A DNA stretch of 18,330 nucleotides, taken from Candidatus Thalassarchaeaceae archaeon (GTDB lineage: Archaea; Thermoplasmatota; Poseidoniia; Poseidoniales; Thalassarchaeaceae). Of this stretch, positions 14,892 through 18,330 are shown one piece after another. Numbering within the stretch: the first letter of the stretch is position 1; the number at the start of each line of letters is the position of its first letter. Below the pieces are notes generated by a model that had not been told where the DNA came from, made no database searches, and saw only the letters and a list, made by a program, of their open reading frames with translations. The stretch lies in NCBI GenBank assembly GCA_030747675.1, contig JASLKH010000037.1:1-18330 (forward strand), read 5' to 3'. The position numbers were made by a program, and so were the translations under genes.

Positions 14892-16313
14892 CTAGGCTGA
14901 ATGTATTGCGTGCCCGAGTGTTTTGAGGACACTCTCATGGAATGATTCAGTCATAGTTGGGTGGGCATGTATTGTGCCTGCGACATCCTCAAGAACAGAA
15001 CCCATTTCTAAGGCGAGAGTAAACTCTCCTGAAAGTTCACTGACATGGCTCCCTGTTGCTTGAATACCAAGTATAACATGATCACTGGCGCGGGCGACAA
15101 CGCGTACGAACCCTCCAGTCTTCTCTGCTTCCATAGTTAATGCCCTTCCATTGGCCGCGAGTGGGAATTTTCCTGTAATGATTTCTTCTCCAGCAGCAAT
15201 AGCCTCATCTGGAGTTAATCCAACACTGACAATTTCTGGTTCAGTAAATACAATTGCAGGTATAGCAACAGGGTCAAAAATTCTCTTGTGCCCAGCAATG
15301 ATTTCAGCAACCATTTCACCTTGGGCACTTGCGCGATGAGCCAACATAGGCTCCCCTGAAACATCGCCTATCGCATATACGCCTTTCATTGAAGTTCTAC
15401 ATTGATTATCAATTCGTATGAATCGTCCTGATTGGTCCATACGGAGGCCCATTTTTTCTAACCCCCAGCCATTCGTATTCGGCTTTCTTCCTACAGTGAC
15501 TAGTACTTTGTCAAACATTTCAGATTGCATTTTGCTGTCGCCATCCTTCCACGTGAGTTCTACTCCCCCATCTTTGATTTCAGCCCCTTGTGCGAGACAA
15601 CTAGTATGAGTCTTGACCTTGTTTTTGCGTAGCCAAGTAGTTAATGGCCTACGTAATTCATCATCAAAGATAGCCATCACTTTTTCAAGACCTTCGATAA
15701 CAGTTACATTGCTACCTAACCGCCGCAAAGCAATACCTAATTCCAAGCCAATGTATCCTCCTCCAATGACTGCTACTTTTTCAGGTAAAGAATCGAGATC
15801 GAGAGCTCCAGTTGAGGAGCAAATATGCTGTTCATCGAATTTCATGAATGGCAATTCAATCGGTGATGATCCAGTTGCAATAATGACATTTTCCGCTTCT
15901 ATTGTTACTATACCATCAGTGGTTTCTACTGAACAATTCTTTGCATTTTGAAATGTAGCCCATCCTGTGATTAATTCTGCTCCTGCAGTTTTCAGAAGAT
16001 GCTCGACTCCTTTATTTAATCGCTCAACAATTGAATCTTTCCAAGACACAAGAGCCGGCATATCGAGTTTCACTTCACCTGAAATTGAAATCCCCATGTG
16101 TCCTTCTGTATGGTGTGCTAGGTGCTCAAATCTTTCAGCGGCATGAATCATTGCTTTCGATGGTATGCATCCGCGGATGAGACAAGTACCTCCTGCTTTG
16201 TCCGCTTCTACAATTATTGTATCAAGTCCTAGTTGGGCAGCACGAATTGCTGCAACATATCCTCCAGGGCCGGCCCCTATGACTAGCACCTGGCATTTTC
16301 GCGAATTAGACAT
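14892..16313 (-). CDS. lpdA: Dihydrolipoyl dehydrogenase (E3), LpdV-like
   Basis: IGAGPGGYVAAIRAAQLG, GGTCLIRGCIPSK (redox disulfide), GGGYIGLE, MLAHRASAQG and HAHPT. Confidence 0.97.
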   Translation of the reverse strand: MSNSRKCQVLVIGAGPGGYVAAIRAAQLGLDTIIVEADKAGGTCLIRGCIPSKAMIHAAERFEHLAHHTEGHMGISISGEVKLDMPALVSWKDSIVERLNKGVEHLLKTAGAELITGWATFQNAKNCSVETTDGIVTIEAENVIIATGSSPIELPFMKFDEQHICSSTGALDLDSLPEKVAVIGGGYIGLELGIALRRLGSNVTVIEGLEKVMAIFDDELRRPLTTWLRKNKVKTHTSCLAQGAEIKDGGVELTWKDGDSKMQSEMFDKVLVTVGRKPNTNGWGLEKMGLRMDQSGRFIRIDNQCRTSMKGVYAIGDVSGEPMLAHRASAQGEMVAEIIAGHKRIFDPVAIPAIVFTEPEIVSVGLTPDEAIAAGEEIITGKFPLAANGRALTMEAEKTGGFVRVVARASDHVILGIQATGSHVSELSGEFTLALEMGSVLEDVAGTIHAHPTMTESFHESVLKTLGHAIHSA

Positions 16314-16322
16314 TTGAATTCC

Positions 16323-17579
16323 TCACATGAAAATGAGCGCTGGGTGCTCAAGAAGTCGTTTGAGGTGCTGCACTAATGCGGCTCCATCTGCACCATCGAC
16401 AACACGATGATCCCAAGAAGAGGAAACATTCATGATTCTCCGGATTACAATTTGTCCATTTAACACAACAGGCATTTCTCTTGCTTTGTGAACTCCTAGG
16501 ATACCAACCTCTGGATGGTTGATGATTGGAGTGGCTCCGAGCCCTCCATCGCGTCCCAAACTGGTAATTGTAAATGTGGAGCCAGCTAAATCTTCCATAC
16601 TTGCAGTTCCATCTCGGCAAGCCCCTGATACACGTTGCATTTCTGCGGCTGCTGACCAAGCATCCATTGCCTCTACATGCTTGACAACTGGTACAAACAA
16701 ACCTCTGTCTGTGGATGTAGCAATTCCGAGATGTATTGCTTCATGTCGGATTACCTTATTTTCAACCTCATTGAAAATCGCATTACATTCGGGGTGATGT
16801 GGCATTATTTTCGCTAGAGCTAGCATAATGAATGGCAAGTATGTCAACTTTGGTTGTTCAGGCGATTTGGTACTGTTCAAATGCTGTCGAAGCGTTTCCA
16901 ATTCAGTGACATCAATTTCTTCAAAGTAAGAGAAATGTGGGATATTTGTTTTTGAAATAACCATTTGTTCAGCAATCTTTCTGCGAAGCCCGACGACGGG
17001 ATGCTCTGTTGTCCCTGTGCGAGCAACACCAGATGGTGCTGCTGGGGTTGACATTGAACCCCCACTAGCGATGAAAGCATCTAGATCCGCATGGCGGACG
17101 CGTCCGGCAGGCCCTCCGCCAGGAACTTTAGATAAATCGATACCAGATTCGGTGGCCCTTCTGCGAACAGCAGGAGACGCCAAAGCACGTCCACTTGAAT
17201 TAACAACTGGAGCAGGAGCATTGGATGGTTCTGCAGGTAGGGGTTTTTCTTCCGCAGCTTTAGTTACAGGCTCAGTGATTACTTCTTCAGCAACTTCAGC
17301 CTCTACGACCTCATTTTCTGCAGACACATTCCCATCGCCATCGATTTCAAGCTCAATCATTGGACCTCCAACTGCAATCATATCCCCTACACCACCGTGC
17401 ATGGTTGTAATTTTTCCATTGACTGGAGATGGAATTGAAACAGTAGCTTTGTCGGTCATGACATCAACCATTGGTTGATCTTCACTAACGGAATCTCCAA
17501 CAGCAACGTGCCATGCAGTAATCTCACCTTCCACAACACCTTCTCCAATATCTGGCAGTTTGAACACATATGTTCCCAT
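16323..17579 (-). CDS. Dihydrolipoamide acyltransferase (E2) of a 2-oxoacid dehydrogenase, probably branched-chain
   Basis: One lipoyl domain (LPDIGEG...MTDKA), subunit-binding domain (ASPAVRRRA...GPAGRV) and catalytic DHRVVDG. GGAGG precedes the start. Confidence 0.95.
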   Translation of the reverse strand: MGTYVFKLPDIGEGVVEGEITAWHVAVGDSVSEDQPMVDVMTDKATVSIPSPVNGKITTMHGGVGDMIAVGGPMIELEIDGDGNVSAENEVVEAEVAEEVITEPVTKAAEEKPLPAEPSNAPAPVVNSSGRALASPAVRRRATESGIDLSKVPGGGPAGRVRHADLDAFIASGGSMSTPAAPSGVARTGTTEHPVVGLRRKIAEQMVISKTNIPHFSYFEEIDVTELETLRQHLNSTKSPEQPKLTYLPFIMLALAKIMPHHPECNAIFNEVENKVIRHEAIHLGIATSTDRGLFVPVVKHVEAMDAWSAAAEMQRVSGACRDGTASMEDLAGSTFTITSLGRDGGLGATPIINHPEVGILGVHKAREMPVVLNGQIVIRRIMNVSSSWDHRVVDGADGAALVQHLKRLLEHPALIFM

Positions 17580-17583
17580 TTTT

Positions 17584-18330
17584 TTATTCCTCCAATGTTC
17601 GGCGCATGGCCTCTGTTATTCTTTCTTGACTTGGAAAATAATCCCATTCCAAGGTGTGTGGGTAGGGAGTGTCCCACCCAGTGACTCTTTCAATTGGCGC
17701 TTCTAATTTCCAAAAGCATCTTTCTTGAACTTGACTAATTAATTCCGCTCCAAAGCCGGATGTTCGTGGAGCCTCATGAACAATGACACAACGGCCAGTT
17801 TTGTTAACTGAATTTTCAATAGCATCAATATCCAATGGGACGAGTGAGCGTAAGTCCAATATTTCAGCATCAATTCCACTACTTTCTGCAGCAGCAGTTG
17901 CTACATGAACCATTGTTCCATAGGCGAGAATGGTCACTTCTTTGCCCTCGCGAACAGTTTCTGCCTTTCCTAATGGGATGCTGTAGTAGTCATCTGGGAC
18001 ATCCCCTTTTGGATGAGTGTCCCATTTGACCATTGCAGCAGTATGATCTCCATCGAAAGGACCATTGTACAGACGCTTAGGTTCGAAGAATATTACAGGG
18101 TCGTTACATTCGATTGAAGATATCAATAATCCTTTGGCATCATATGGATTTGAGCAAATAACAACTTTCAAACCTGGTGTGTGAGTGAAATATGCTTCTG
18201 GAGATTGGCTATGGTAATGACCCCCTTTTATTCCCCCCCCACAAGGTGTACGAATTGTAACTGGTGCGCTGTATTCGCCTCCTGAACGGTAGCGTAATTT
18301 CGCTAATTCATTCGTGATTTGGTCGAAACC
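17584..18330 (-). CDS. 2-oxoacid dehydrogenase E1 beta subunit (probably 2-oxoisovalerate dehydrogenase), 5' end outside the window
   Basis: The frame stays open from 18330: GFDQITNELAKLRYRSGG...PCGGGIKGGHYHSQSPEAYFTHTPGLKVV, joining the track ORF (PVIFFEPKRLY, VVHEA, FGAE). Confidence 0.95.
   Translation of the reverse strand, partial: GFDQITNELAKLRYRSGGEYSAPVTIRTPCGGGIKGGHYHSQSPEAYFTHTPGLKVVICSNPYDAKGLLISSIECNDPVIFFEPKRLYNGPFDGDHTAAMVKWDTHPKGDVPDDYYSIPLGKAETVREGKEVTILAYGTMVHVATAAAESSGIDAEILDLRSLVPLDIDAIENSVNKTGRCVIVHEAPRTSGFGAELISQVQERCFWKLEAPIERVTGWDTPYPHTLEWDYFPSQERITEAMRRTLEE

Noticed and set aside
17017-17478. Long plus-strand ORFs antisense to real genes (also 2794-3300, 12367-12816, 15613-15951 and similar)
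   Set aside because: Ser/Thr/Ile-rich antisense shadows of well-supported opposite-strand genes, with no motifs or start signals.
18233-18240. C8/G8 homopolymer as a possible phase-variation tract
   Set aside because: It encodes the Gly-Gly-Gly loop of E1beta (PCGGGI) and the frame is intact on both sides.
1-18330. tRNA, rRNA, CRISPR array, IS/integrase or defence genes
   Set aside because: No cloverleaf, repeat-spacer periodicity, terminal inverted repeats or transposase/nuclease motifs seen. Nearly all sequence is accounted for by CDS. tRNAscan and Infernal were not run.

Overview
A tightly packed archaeal chromosome segment with no rRNA, tRNA, CRISPR array or mobile element that I can support. 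Archaeal informational genes (aRF1, archaeal-type UMP kinase, NOG1-family GTPase, ArgS, DUF2116 Zn-ribbon) are mixed with bacterial-type metabolic genes (bkd-like branched-chain 2-oxoacid dehydrogenase E1beta/E2/E3, LipB, FolB, Par10-like parvulin, UbiX, YccA/BI-1, pterin-4a-carbinolamine dehydratase). That mix suggests Marine Group II / Poseidoniales (Thermoplasmatota); this is inference, not a database result. Manual reading found four coding segments missing from the ORF track: the 5' end of an MDR oxidoreductase (1-141, TTG start), a 38-aa two-CxxC zinc microprotein (2372-2488), a possible 26-aa peptide (7295-7375) and the upstream part of E1beta (to 18330). Several start sites were moved to better-supported codons. 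The best leads are a SAP-domain/TM/M28-peptidase fusion, the 38-aa zinc microprotein, a CxxC protein/Zn-ribbon/peptide cassette divergent from a peroxiredoxin across a symmetric 9-bp inverted repeat, and a LipB whose usual acyl-ACP donor archaea mostly lack. I see no clear-cut new multi-gene system; these leads are hypotheses.
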